From NCBI GenBank assembly GCA_963751395.1, contig CAVVUC010000002.1, forward strand, positions 1,172,029-1,236,028: a stretch of 64,000 nucleotides of DNA, written 5' to 3'. A program made the translations under genes and the position numbers. The notes beneath the pieces were generated by a model, which made no database searches, was not told where the DNA came from, and saw only the letters and a list, made by a program, of their open reading frames with translations. This document shows positions 56,281 to 64,000 of the stretch, in pieces. This DNA comes from an uncultured Verrucomicrobiae bacterium. GTDB lineage: Bacteria; Verrucomicrobiota; Verrucomicrobiia; Chthoniobacterales; Chthoniobacteraceae. How positions within the stretch are numbered: position 1 is the stretch's first letter; each line of letters starts with the position of its first letter.

Positions 56281-57738
56281 TTGTTGCTGCCGGCGGCGCG
56301 TCCCGGCAATTTGCCCGCCGTGAAACAACCACCGCATGACACGTCGCCAGGGGCGAAGGGATTGGTTGGCGACTCGGCGCTCCTGGTGTTTGCCATCGCC
56401 GCCGCCGGATTTGTGTTTGCCGCATTCTGCCGCTTGAGCCTGGTGTTCGATGGCAGCTATTACCTCCTGAGCACGCTGCAAGACGCGGCCCCGATGATCC
56501 CGCACAGGCGGTGGTGCGATTGGATTCTCGATCTGCCGGTTCTCTGGCTGACGCCGCTTTTTCCGCTGCCGGCCGATTTGGGAGTCGTTCACGGGCTGGC
56601 GCGATCGCTCCCGCCTCTGTTCAGCCTCGCGGTGTGCCTGGGCATGTGCGCGGGGAAATGGCGGGGCCTGCGCGTTTGGGTTGCGATCGGAATCCTGCTG
56701 ATGCCCCTCCCGGGCCAGTTGCCGATCGTGAGCGAAGCGACTCCCGCGCTTCAACTTTCCTGGGTGCTGTTCGTGTTCGCATGGCGCGGCTGCCCTCTTG
56801 CCTGGTCGCCTGCGGTTGCGATCGCTCTCGCGGGGATGCTCACACTGCATCCGATCGCGAGTCCGCTCTGCCTGTTCGCGGCAGCCATCTGCGCCTGGTT
56901 CCCCCCGGCGAACGCCGCTGCGCGGTCCCGATGGATCAAGCCCTGGTCCATGATTTTCGCCGCGGCTTCGATTGCAAAACTCGTCGAGACCCTGGCGCTC
57001 GCCAACTCCTACGAGCGCGAGCACATGCTCGCGTCCGTCTGGATTCGTGAGCTCGCGAGCGGCCTGTGGTACACGCCATTCCCGGTGCTGATTCCACTGC
57101 TCGCCGAAAGGACGCTCGCGGTCTGGAGCGCGTGGGGCCCGGGCCGGCGCATTGTCCCGCCGTGGCTGCCTCGAGGTCTCTGGGCCGTTTCATTTGTTCT
57201 CGGCGTCTATTACTCCATCGATGTCACCGGCTGGTCGTCGTCTCTCAATTACCGAAAATTCGGAGCCGCGATTGCCGTTCCCGTTGTCCTCATGGCGTCG
57301 TTCCATGCATGGCGGGTCCGGCGCGGCATCGACGGCCGGCCCGCCGCCCCGGTGCCGCTCCGCATTCCGTCGGTTTATCCCGCGCTTCTGTTCTCGCTGA
57401 TTCTATCGGTCATCGCCGTGCGGTGGTGCCAGCTTTGCGAGTCGTTGATGACGCGCCTCGCCGCGCGACCGACGCGCGCGATGTATTTCGAGGAACTCCC
57501 GCCGCCCGAGCGATACAGCGCGTTAAACCACTGGTCCACGACCTCGCTTTCACTGCTCCTGCAAGGCACCGGGCCGGCGAAGGTGTTCATCCACGATCGC
57601 GCCATCCAATGCAGTGCCGAGGGACTGAGTATTTGTCCCGGCGTTGTCGCGCGCTGCGAAGACAAGCACATCAAGCTGGCGTGGCTGAACCAGGCGATCT
57701 CCAAGATCCGGGCAGCCGAGTGCGCGGATCCGCACTGA
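56281..57738 (+). CDS. hypothetical polytopic integral membrane protein (about 10 TM; possibly a GT-C-type glycosyltransferase, unassigned)
   Basis: 485 aa, very hydrophobic with many Trp/Pro-rich TM segments. No diagnostic motif recognised. Confidence 0.45.
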   Translation: MLLPAARPGNLPAVKQPPHDTSPGAKGLVGDSALLVFAIAAAGFVFAAFCRLSLVFDGSYYLLSTLQDAAPMIPHRRWCDWILDLPVLWLTPLFPLPADLGVVHGLARSLPPLFSLAVCLGMCAGKWRGLRVWVAIGILLMPLPGQLPIVSEATPALQLSWVLFVFAWRGCPLAWSPAVAIALAGMLTLHPIASPLCLFAAAICAWFPPANAAARSRWIKPWSMIFAAASIAKLVETLALANSYEREHMLASVWIRELASGLWYTPFPVLIPLLAERTLAVWSAWGPGRRIVPPWLPRGLWAVSFVLGVYYSIDVTGWSSSLNYRKFGAAIAVPVVLMASFHAWRVRRGIDGRPAAPVPLRIPSVYPALLFSLILSVIAVRWCQLCESLMTRLAARPTRAMYFEELPPPERYSALNHWSTTSLSLLLQGTGPAKVFIHDRAIQCSAEGLSICPGVVARCEDKHIKLAWLNQAISKIRAAECADPH

Positions 57739-57763
57739 AACCAACCGCCGCTATGCAACCTCC

Positions 57764-60067
57764 TCACTCCCGCCGTGGCTCGACCCCGAGCAGGTGGCGG
57801 ACGAAAAAGTCGGCGAGGCGGCGGCGGCCATAAGGCGAACCGATGACGCCGTGGCCGGCTCCGGGGACGACGAGGAGGTCGAAGTCTTTGTTGGCGCGGA
57901 TGAGGGCGTTCGCGACTTGCATCGTCGAGGCGGGATCGACGTTGTGGTCGAGTTCACCGACGGCGAGGAGGAGATGGCCGGTGAGTTTGGGCGCGAGCGT
58001 CACGTTGGATTGTTCGGCGTATTCGTTGCCGACGGGCCAGCCCATCCAGAGTTCGTTCCACCAGATTTTGTCCATGCGGTTGTCGTGGCAGCCGCAATCG
58101 GCGACGGCGACTTTGTAAAAATCCCCGTGGGTCAGCAGCGCACCGACGGCATTTTGTCCGCCCGCAGAGGTGCCGTAAATGCCGACGCGGCCCAGGTCGA
58201 GCGCCGGATCGTGCGCGGCGGCGGCGCGGAGCCAGAGGATGCGGTCGGGGAAGCCGGCGTCGGCGATGTTTTTCCAGCAGACATCGTGGAATTTCTTCGA
58301 CCGGTGCGACGTGCCCATGCCGTCGATTTTCACCACGACGAAACCGAGTTCGGCGAGCGCCTGCGCGGAGTCAGACGCGTGAAAAGACTTCGGCACATGG
58401 ATGTCTTGCGGGCCGGCGTAGATGTCTTCGATGACCGGGTATTTTTTCGCGGGATCGAAATTCGACGGACGGCAGATCACCCCGTAAATGTCGGTGGTGC
58501 CGTCGCGGCCTTTGGCGCAGAAGCGTTCCGGCGCGCGCCATCCGGTTTCTCGCAGGGCTGAGTCGTCCGCTTTTTCCAACGGGCAGACCAGCGCGCCGGT
58601 GTCGGCACGGCGGAGTTCGCTCACGGGTGGCAGGTCCGGGCGCGACCACGTATCGACCAAGAATCGCCGGTCGGGTGAAAAGTCGGCGCTGTGCGTGCCG
58701 TCGCCCTCGGTGAGAACGACGAGGCCCGTGCCGTCGAAGCGGACGCGGCAATGGTGGATTTGATATGGGTCCTGCCCCGGACGGATGCCGCCCGCCTGGA
58801 ACCAGACCTCGCGCTTTTCCTCATCGACTCGATCCACTTCGCGGACGACCCATTCGCCGCGCGTGATCTGATTTTTCACGCGACCGTCGCGGGTGTCGTA
58901 GAGATACAGGTGATTCCACCCGTCGCGCTCCGACATCCAGATGAGTTCGCCGGTCGCATCGAGCCAGTGCAGAAAGTATTTCCCCGCGTAGTCGATAAAG
59001 GTCGGGCTCGTTTCCTCGACGAGCGCCTGCGCGGCTCCGGTGCCCGCATCGACGGCAACGACGCGCAGAACCTGATGCCCGCGCTGGTTGTAAACGAAAG
59101 CGAACCGCTTTGAGTCCGGCATCCAACGGATGTCGTCGATGCTCCACGGATTCGGAAACAGCGTGTCGGCGACGGGAATTTCCTTTCGCGCTGCGATGTC
59201 GAACAAGTGCGGCTTCGAGATCGGAATGGCGTCACCGGGTTTTGCGTAGTCGAACGAATGAACCTTCGGCTGCACTTGATCGGCGGGCGACGACTCGACG
59301 ACGGTGACTTTGCGCCGATTGCCCTGACGCGTGCGCATCGCGACGAGCCGCTGGCGGTCCGGCGACCAATGAAATCGTCTGTTATAGCCGTCCTTCGCCG
59401 TGCCGTCGGTCGTGAGGGGAAGCGTCGTGCCGGTCTTGCGGTCACGAAGGCAGAGGTTGTGACCGCGCACGATGACCTCCTGCGAATCACGATCCGGCAC
59501 CTTGCCCGGCGCGGCGTCGGGATGGGGCGGGGGAGTCTTGTCGGAAATGACGGCGGTCGATTCCTCATCGGTCGCCGTGAAAACTGCGAGCGTGTGCTTT
59601 GCTGCGTCGGCGGCGAGCCAGACGTGGCCGGCGTAGGTCTGCTGGCGACGGCTCGCGCCGGGAGGCAGCGTTCCGTATGAATGGTGGTCGCCTTCGGTGT
59701 CGATCCATAGCAAATCGACCGGACCGTTAGTCTGGTTGGCGAAGGTGATGAAGGTGGATTCGTTGCTGTTCTTTGAACGCTGCTCCGTGCCTGACGGCGT
59801 GAGGCTCGCCTCGGCCGCGGGAGGTTTGTAACCCGTTTCGCGGGTGCCGCGCACCGCATCCACCAGCACGTATTCCTTTTTCCCGCCTGCCAGATCGCGA
59901 CGATACCAGAACCGGTCGCCGCCATCGATCCAGTGCGGCTTGACCCGGGCGTTGAGCACTTTGCCCGCGGTTCGCTTTTCCCATTCATTGAACCGCTGGT
60001 AGTCAGTCACAGTGCCTTGTGCCCAGGTCACGACCGGAAGCAGCAGCAGAACGGGGAGAAATTTCAT
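57764..60067 (-). CDS. S9-family serine peptidase (dipeptidyl-peptidase IV-like: beta-propeller + alpha/beta-hydrolase domain)
   Basis: Signal peptide from the internal Met (MKFLPVLLLLPVVTWAQG). N-terminal DPPIV-type propeller, then a C-terminal catalytic domain with the nucleophile GTSAGG (IYGTSAGGQNAV), Asp (LAVGELDHNV) and His (GAGHGV). Confidence 0.8.
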   Translation of the reverse strand: MKFLPVLLLLPVVTWAQGTVTDYQRFNEWEKRTAGKVLNARVKPHWIDGGDRFWYRRDLAGGKKEYVLVDAVRGTRETGYKPPAAEASLTPSGTEQRSKNSNESTFITFANQTNGPVDLLWIDTEGDHHSYGTLPPGASRRQQTYAGHVWLAADAAKHTLAVFTATDEESTAVISDKTPPPHPDAAPGKVPDRDSQEVIVRGHNLCLRDRKTGTTLPLTTDGTAKDGYNRRFHWSPDRQRLVAMRTRQGNRRKVTVVESSPADQVQPKVHSFDYAKPGDAIPISKPHLFDIAARKEIPVADTLFPNPWSIDDIRWMPDSKRFAFVYNQRGHQVLRVVAVDAGTGAAQALVEETSPTFIDYAGKYFLHWLDATGELIWMSERDGWNHLYLYDTRDGRVKNQITRGEWVVREVDRVDEEKREVWFQAGGIRPGQDPYQIHHCRVRFDGTGLVVLTEGDGTHSADFSPDRRFLVDTWSRPDLPPVSELRRADTGALVCPLEKADDSALRETGWRAPERFCAKGRDGTTDIYGVICRPSNFDPAKKYPVIEDIYAGPQDIHVPKSFHASDSAQALAELGFVVVKIDGMGTSHRSKKFHDVCWKNIADAGFPDRILWLRAAAAHDPALDLGRVGIYGTSAGGQNAVGALLTHGDFYKVAVADCGCHDNRMDKIWWNELWMGWPVGNEYAEQSNVTLAPKLTGHLLLAVGELDHNVDPASTMQVANALIRANKDFDLLVVPGAGHGVIGSPYGRRRLADFFVRHLLGVEPRRE

Positions 60068-60143
60068 TGGAGCCTTTGTTGCAGCTTCGGCGTGAAGCGT
60101 CAATTTCCGAAGGCGGAACGCTGTGGAGCGGATGGATTTGGGT

Positions 60144-60296
60144 GGCACAGGCGTCCCGCCTGTTGGCGATGGCGTCCCCGCCGAAACGAGCTTTCAAAAA
60201 CGTGGATTCACAGTAAACGGTTCCGAAGTCAAACTCCGCCCTCGAAGAAAGTCCGCGATGGCGGGGACGCCATCGCCAACAGGCGGGACGCCTGTG
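60144..60296. repeat. MITE-like element: 38-bp near-perfect terminal inverted repeats (ggcacaggcgtcccgcctgttggcgatggcgtccccgcc) separated by ~76 bp
   Basis: The arms at 60144-60182 and 60259-60296 are reverse complements with 1 mismatch. Each arm contains an internal direct repeat ggcgtccc(c)gcc. Confidence 0.85.
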
Positions 60297-60307
60297 CTAC
60301 CCAAGCC

Positions 60308-61966
60308 TTACCTTTTGCGCTGGTAAACGCGGACCCAGTCCACGTCCATGCTTTTGCCGTCGAGCTTCGAAGTGATCGGTCCCGCCCACGGGAAAACCGC
60401 CGTGCTGAAAATTACCGGCGACTCCGCGACGGCGACGGTGTTCGGCTTGCGATCGATCTCCCGCCCATCCCAAAAATAGACGATCTCCTTTTCCTCCCAG
60501 AGCACGCCGTAAGTGTGGAAGTCCTTGCTGAGATCCACGGGCGCGCGCCAGCATTTCGATAGCGAAGTCATGCCGTTTTGGTGGAGCGACATGTTGATCG
60601 CGTTCGGCCAGTGGCCTTCGTTCACGTCGATCTCGAATCCCTTCCCCGGCTCCCGAATGCCGGGGTTCGTCCAGAATGCGTTGTTGAGTCCGGGCGCGCC
60701 GGCATAGCGGTAGCGCGCCTCCCAATAACCAAACTTCTGCCGGAACTTCTTCGTGCCCGCCATCCCGCTCGTCCATTCCAATCCGCCACGCTTTTCCTTT
60801 TTCGTCACGAGCTTGAGCAGACCTTTCTCGACGACGATGTTTTCCGGCCAGCGACCCGAGAGCAGCTTGCCCCACGTTTGTCCCTTCGCCACGTTCCAGA
60901 CTTCGGGATCGAGCGCGCTGCCGTTGAACTCGTCCTGAAAAGTCAGTTCCCACTCGCCGGCGGGCGGGCCACTTTGCGCGATGATCTGCTGATAACGTCC
61001 AAGCAACACAGCCGCCTGCGAGCGCTTCAGCGGCGTGGTCTGTTTCGCGATCGGATCGTCCGGCCCGTCGAGAAAACCGAGCGCCGCCGCGTGCCCGACA
61101 ACGTCCGCCTTGTCCTGCGGCAGGTGCGCCCACGCAAGCGGCTTCCCGCTTTTCTCCGCTGCCGCGACGAGACAGCCGAGAGCGTTCTGCGGGAGCAGCC
61201 GCATCCAGAGCGAGCGCGAGCCGCCGAGCCATCCGCGAGTTGCAGCCTTCGTGGTGATCTGCCCGGCAGTGCCCGGATCTTTCTCGCCCGAAATTTTCAG
61301 GAGTGCCGAAAGGAAAATCTCGGGTGTCATCTCGGCCTCGGGAGCGAACTTCTTCGGCGTCGTTCCGCCAAGAACGCCCGCCGCCGCCAGCCGTCCCGCG
61401 ACATCTGCGGCGGGATGGCCTTTCATATCGTCGAACTCAACACTGGCCTCGCGGAACTCGGCGGACGGGATGATCTCGTCGAGAATCAGCGTCTGCCAGA
61501 CCATCTTTGCATCTTGTGGGTCGAGGATTTCCAGCCGCACCGCGCTCACACGGAGGTTCCCGCTGCCGCCGTTGCTGAGCACGATTTTCTCCCCGCCTTT
61601 GCCCGCGAAGGGAAAGGTGCCGACCGTTTCCCAGCGTGATTCACCGGCGCTGAGATCGAACGTTTTCGACAGCTTTTGTTCGGTCGCGCCGGTCACCTGG
61701 ACGATGGCGGCGGGAGTGTTGCCGCCGTGCGCGACGACGTAAAACGACACGCGAACCGGGCAGACACTCTGCACGTTGGGGGTCCAGGTTGCGGTCGCAT
61801 CCTTTTCACCGGTCCAGATCGTGCCACGATTCGGCGCGTAACCATCAAGCGAGCCGAACCGCCAGTTGCCTTTCGTGGAAAATTGCGGACCGAGGGGCAC
61901 GACGGGCGCGGCGTTTGCGAGCAATGCGACGGCGAGAAAAACAGGCAGCAGGACTTTGATGTTCAT
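60308..61966 (-). CDS. glycoside hydrolase family 16 protein (beta-glucanase/laminarinase-like) with an N-terminal extension domain
   Basis: Signal peptide MNIKVLLPVFLAVALLANA. The C-terminal domain carries the GH16 catalytic motif GFEIDVNEGHW (ExDxxE). The N-terminal ~330 aa contain a beta-rich domain of unknown function and an SLH-like segment. Confidence 0.75.
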   Translation of the reverse strand: MNIKVLLPVFLAVALLANAAPVVPLGPQFSTKGNWRFGSLDGYAPNRGTIWTGEKDATATWTPNVQSVCPVRVSFYVVAHGGNTPAAIVQVTGATEQKLSKTFDLSAGESRWETVGTFPFAGKGGEKIVLSNGGSGNLRVSAVRLEILDPQDAKMVWQTLILDEIIPSAEFREASVEFDDMKGHPAADVAGRLAAAGVLGGTTPKKFAPEAEMTPEIFLSALLKISGEKDPGTAGQITTKAATRGWLGGSRSLWMRLLPQNALGCLVAAAEKSGKPLAWAHLPQDKADVVGHAAALGFLDGPDDPIAKQTTPLKRSQAAVLLGRYQQIIAQSGPPAGEWELTFQDEFNGSALDPEVWNVAKGQTWGKLLSGRWPENIVVEKGLLKLVTKKEKRGGLEWTSGMAGTKKFRQKFGYWEARYRYAGAPGLNNAFWTNPGIREPGKGFEIDVNEGHWPNAINMSLHQNGMTSLSKCWRAPVDLSKDFHTYGVLWEEKEIVYFWDGREIDRKPNTVAVAESPVIFSTAVFPWAGPITSKLDGKSMDVDWVRVYQRKR

Positions 61967-62055
61967 GGAATTGGCGACGACACGAGGGGGAGGCTTTGAT
62001 AATGCAAGAAACGTCGATCAAGGCAAGATGCAGTCGGGGCATGGAGGCGAAAGTA

Positions 62056-62124
62056 GAAGGGATTTCCAAATCCCTTCATGCGTCGTCCGCGGTTCAGTTC
62101 CGAAGGGATTTGGAAATCCCTTTT
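62056..62124. promoter_or_regulatory. pair of 20-22 bp quasi-palindromic sites (gaagggatttCCaaatcccttc / gaagggatttGGaaatccctt) in the divergent GH16 / FAD-oxidoreductase intergenic region; candidate operator
   Basis: The two sites are seen directly 46 bp apart centre to centre, and each is the reverse complement of the other. A related ccaaatttgg dyad lies in the ftsK/manA divergent region (6530-6563). Confidence 0.4.
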
Positions 62125-62172
62125 ACAGATGGCACTTGGCGCGAAATCCCAAATATGCGTAGATAACTCTTG

Positions 62173-64000
62173 TGCGCCCCACCATTCTCAGACGACTGCT
62201 TGTTTTTGTTTACGAATGCTTGTTGAGCCTTCTCGTGTTCGCCCAAACGACACATGCTGGCGTGACAAATGTTCTCGTCGAAGCGGAGACTTTTTCCGCA
62301 ACGGGCGGATGGCAGGTGGACGCGCAGTTTGTCGAGCAAATGGGCTCGCCGTATCTCATCGCACATGGCCTGGGCAAGCCGGTGGCCGATGCGAGCACGA
62401 CGGTTCCTTTTTCCGAGACTGGCGACTATCGCGTGTGGGTGCGGACGCGGAACTGGGTGCCATCGCATCCCGAAGCGCCTCCGGGCCGGTTCAAAGTCGC
62501 CGTGAACGGCGTGACGCTCGCGCCCGAGTTTGGAACCGAACTCGGCACTTGGCACTGGCAGAGCGGCGGCACGGTTTCCATCTCCGGCACGACGGCGCAA
62601 CTCGCCCTGAAAGACCTCACAGGCTTTGACGGGCGATGCGATGCGATTGCGTTCATCAAGGGTTCCGATGAACCGCCGCCGGCAAGCGGAGCGGCGCTTG
62701 CGAACTGGCGTCAGGCCGTGCTGAACGAATCGCTCTCGCCTTCGACGGTGCGGCAGTTTGACTGCGTGATTGTCGGTGGCGGCATGGCGGGTTGCTGCGC
62801 GGCGATCGCGGCGGCGCGCTCGGGGATCACTGTGGCATTTGTGCATGACCGCCCGGTGCTCGGTGGCAATGCCAGCCAGGAAGTGCGTGTGGCGACGCGC
62901 GGCCAAATCCGAAATTCGATCGTGGATGAAATCGACACGCTTCCGTATGCGAACCGCGACAGCCGCACGGTGACAAGTGACGCGGATCGTCTCGCGAAGA
63001 TTCAGGCGGAACCGAACATCACGCTGTTCATGCCGTGGCGGGCGTATGCGGTTGGCACGGACGAGGCAAAGCGGATCACTCACGTGGACGCGCGCAACAT
63101 AAAGACCGCCAACCGGGTGCGCTTGCAGGCTGCGATTTTCATCGACTGCACGGGCGACGGCTGGATTGGCTATTGGGCAGGAGCGGATTACCGGATGGGC
63201 CGCGAGTCGGTTTCGGAGTTTGGCGAGTCACGGGCCCCGGCGACACCGGATGCAAAGACGATGGGAAACTCGCTGATGTGGAGCACGAAGACGGCGGCCT
63301 CGGCGGTGGCGTTCCCGAGCGTTCCGTGGGCGCTCGATGTTTCCGGGACGAACGCCGATACGGGCGGCGACTGGGATTGGGAATACGGAATGTCGCTGAA
63401 CACAATTACCGATGCCGAGGAAATTCGCGACTTCCTGTTGCGGGCGATCTACGGCAATTTTTCCAACGCGAAAGCAAAATCCGGGAACGCCAATCTGGAC
63501 CTCGCGTGGGTGCCATTCGTCGCCGGCAAGCGCGAATCCCGCCGGCTGCTCGGCGACCACATTCTCACACAGGCCGATCTCGTGAACGGCGTTTATTTCG
63601 AGGACGCCATCGCAACGACCGACTGGGGCATCGACCTCCATTCCGAGACCGCGATTGCGTATCGCTCGACCTACTCGAAAACCACCATCGCGAGTTCGTG
63701 TTATTTTCCATTTCGCTCGCTCTACTCACGCAACGTCCCGAACCTGATGATGGCGGGGCGCTGCTTCAGCGCGACACACGTCGGCATGGGGAGTCCGCGC
63801 GTGCAGAATACGACCGGCCAGATGGGAGTCGCGGTCGGTTACGCTGCCGCGATCTGCAAGCAATATGGAATCCTGCCACGCGACATCTACCGCATCGCCG
63901 ATCGCACGCTGGAACTTCAGGCGCGCATCAGCGGAGTCTGGCCGCAGCGCGCGGAAGCCGTTCCGGTGATCATCGACAATACCGATGCGTGCGCCGCGGC
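62173..64000 (+). CDS. FAD-dependent oxidoreductase (PF12831-like; partial, continues past the window end)
   Basis: Manual translation from GTG 62173 (in-frame stop at 62161) is open to 64000. It has a signal peptide, an N-terminal beta-rich domain, then FDCVIVGGGMAGCCAAIAAARSGITVAFVHDRPVLGGNAS (Rossmann GxGxxG FAD motif). It is absent from the ORF track because it has no stop within the window. Confidence 0.7.

Overview
This 64 kb window comes from a high-GC (~60%) bacterial chromosome; the gene content suggests the PVC group (Verrucomicrobiota-like), but that is a guess. It is densely coding with mostly housekeeping genes, and the supplied ORF track also contains many long antisense ORFs that are high-GC artefacts. 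The track omits genes that run off the window edges, so two were recovered by translating the sequence directly: a GH51 alpha-L-arabinofuranosidase (1-1639, minus) and an FAD-dependent oxidoreductase (62173-64000, plus).

Recognisable genes:
- rimO, a rodZ-like gene and ftsK
- type I mannose-6-phosphate isomerase
- an OmpR-family response regulator and histidine kinase next to a prepilin-type protein
- a DUF4864/DUF971/yggS operon with a divergent LysR regulator
- secA, a deoxyhypusine-synthase-like protein, the kinase domain of rfaE/hldE, ispE and coaD
- the yceD-rpmF-plsX-fabH cluster followed by tatD
- hemL, two Dpp/Opp-type ABC permeases, a CbpA/DnaJ-like chaperone and a DegT-family aminotransferase
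- tsf, rpsB, a PduO-type adenosyltransferase, rpoC, rpoB, rplL, rplJ and rplA
- an S9 peptidase and a GH16 glycanase

Accessory content:
- An exopolysaccharide-type locus (24.5-31 kb) built around a single 1130-aa protein that fuses a GH18-like hydrolase, a CE4 deacetylase and a processive GT2 synthase. It sits with a GH26-like lipoprotein, a GT-B glycosyltransferase and a hexapeptide acetyltransferase.
- A MmeI-like type IIG restriction-modification enzyme (1183 aa) with a separate beta-class DNA methyltransferase (36.5-41.1 kb).

Most striking pattern: a pervasive family of short hairpin elements (9-10 intergenic loci plus two single-arm in-frame copies inside rimO, ~40-250 bp) made of tandem degenerate heptamers (GATTTTG, GAATGGT, CAGATTG, AATGACG, AAGAATT, GTTGAGG, ATGAATT and similar) arranged as inverted arms. 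They sit directly against, and often overlap, start and stop codons, and in rimO they are translated in frame.

Several conserved genes are interrupted by single-nucleotide indels: manA, rfaE, secA, a dppC-like permease and a glycosyltransferase each carry at least one visible frameshift (two in secA), and rpoB and rpoC carry many. In the cases examined the indels lie in short homopolymer runs, while neighbouring long genes are intact. This looks more like assembly or consensus error than real pseudogenes.
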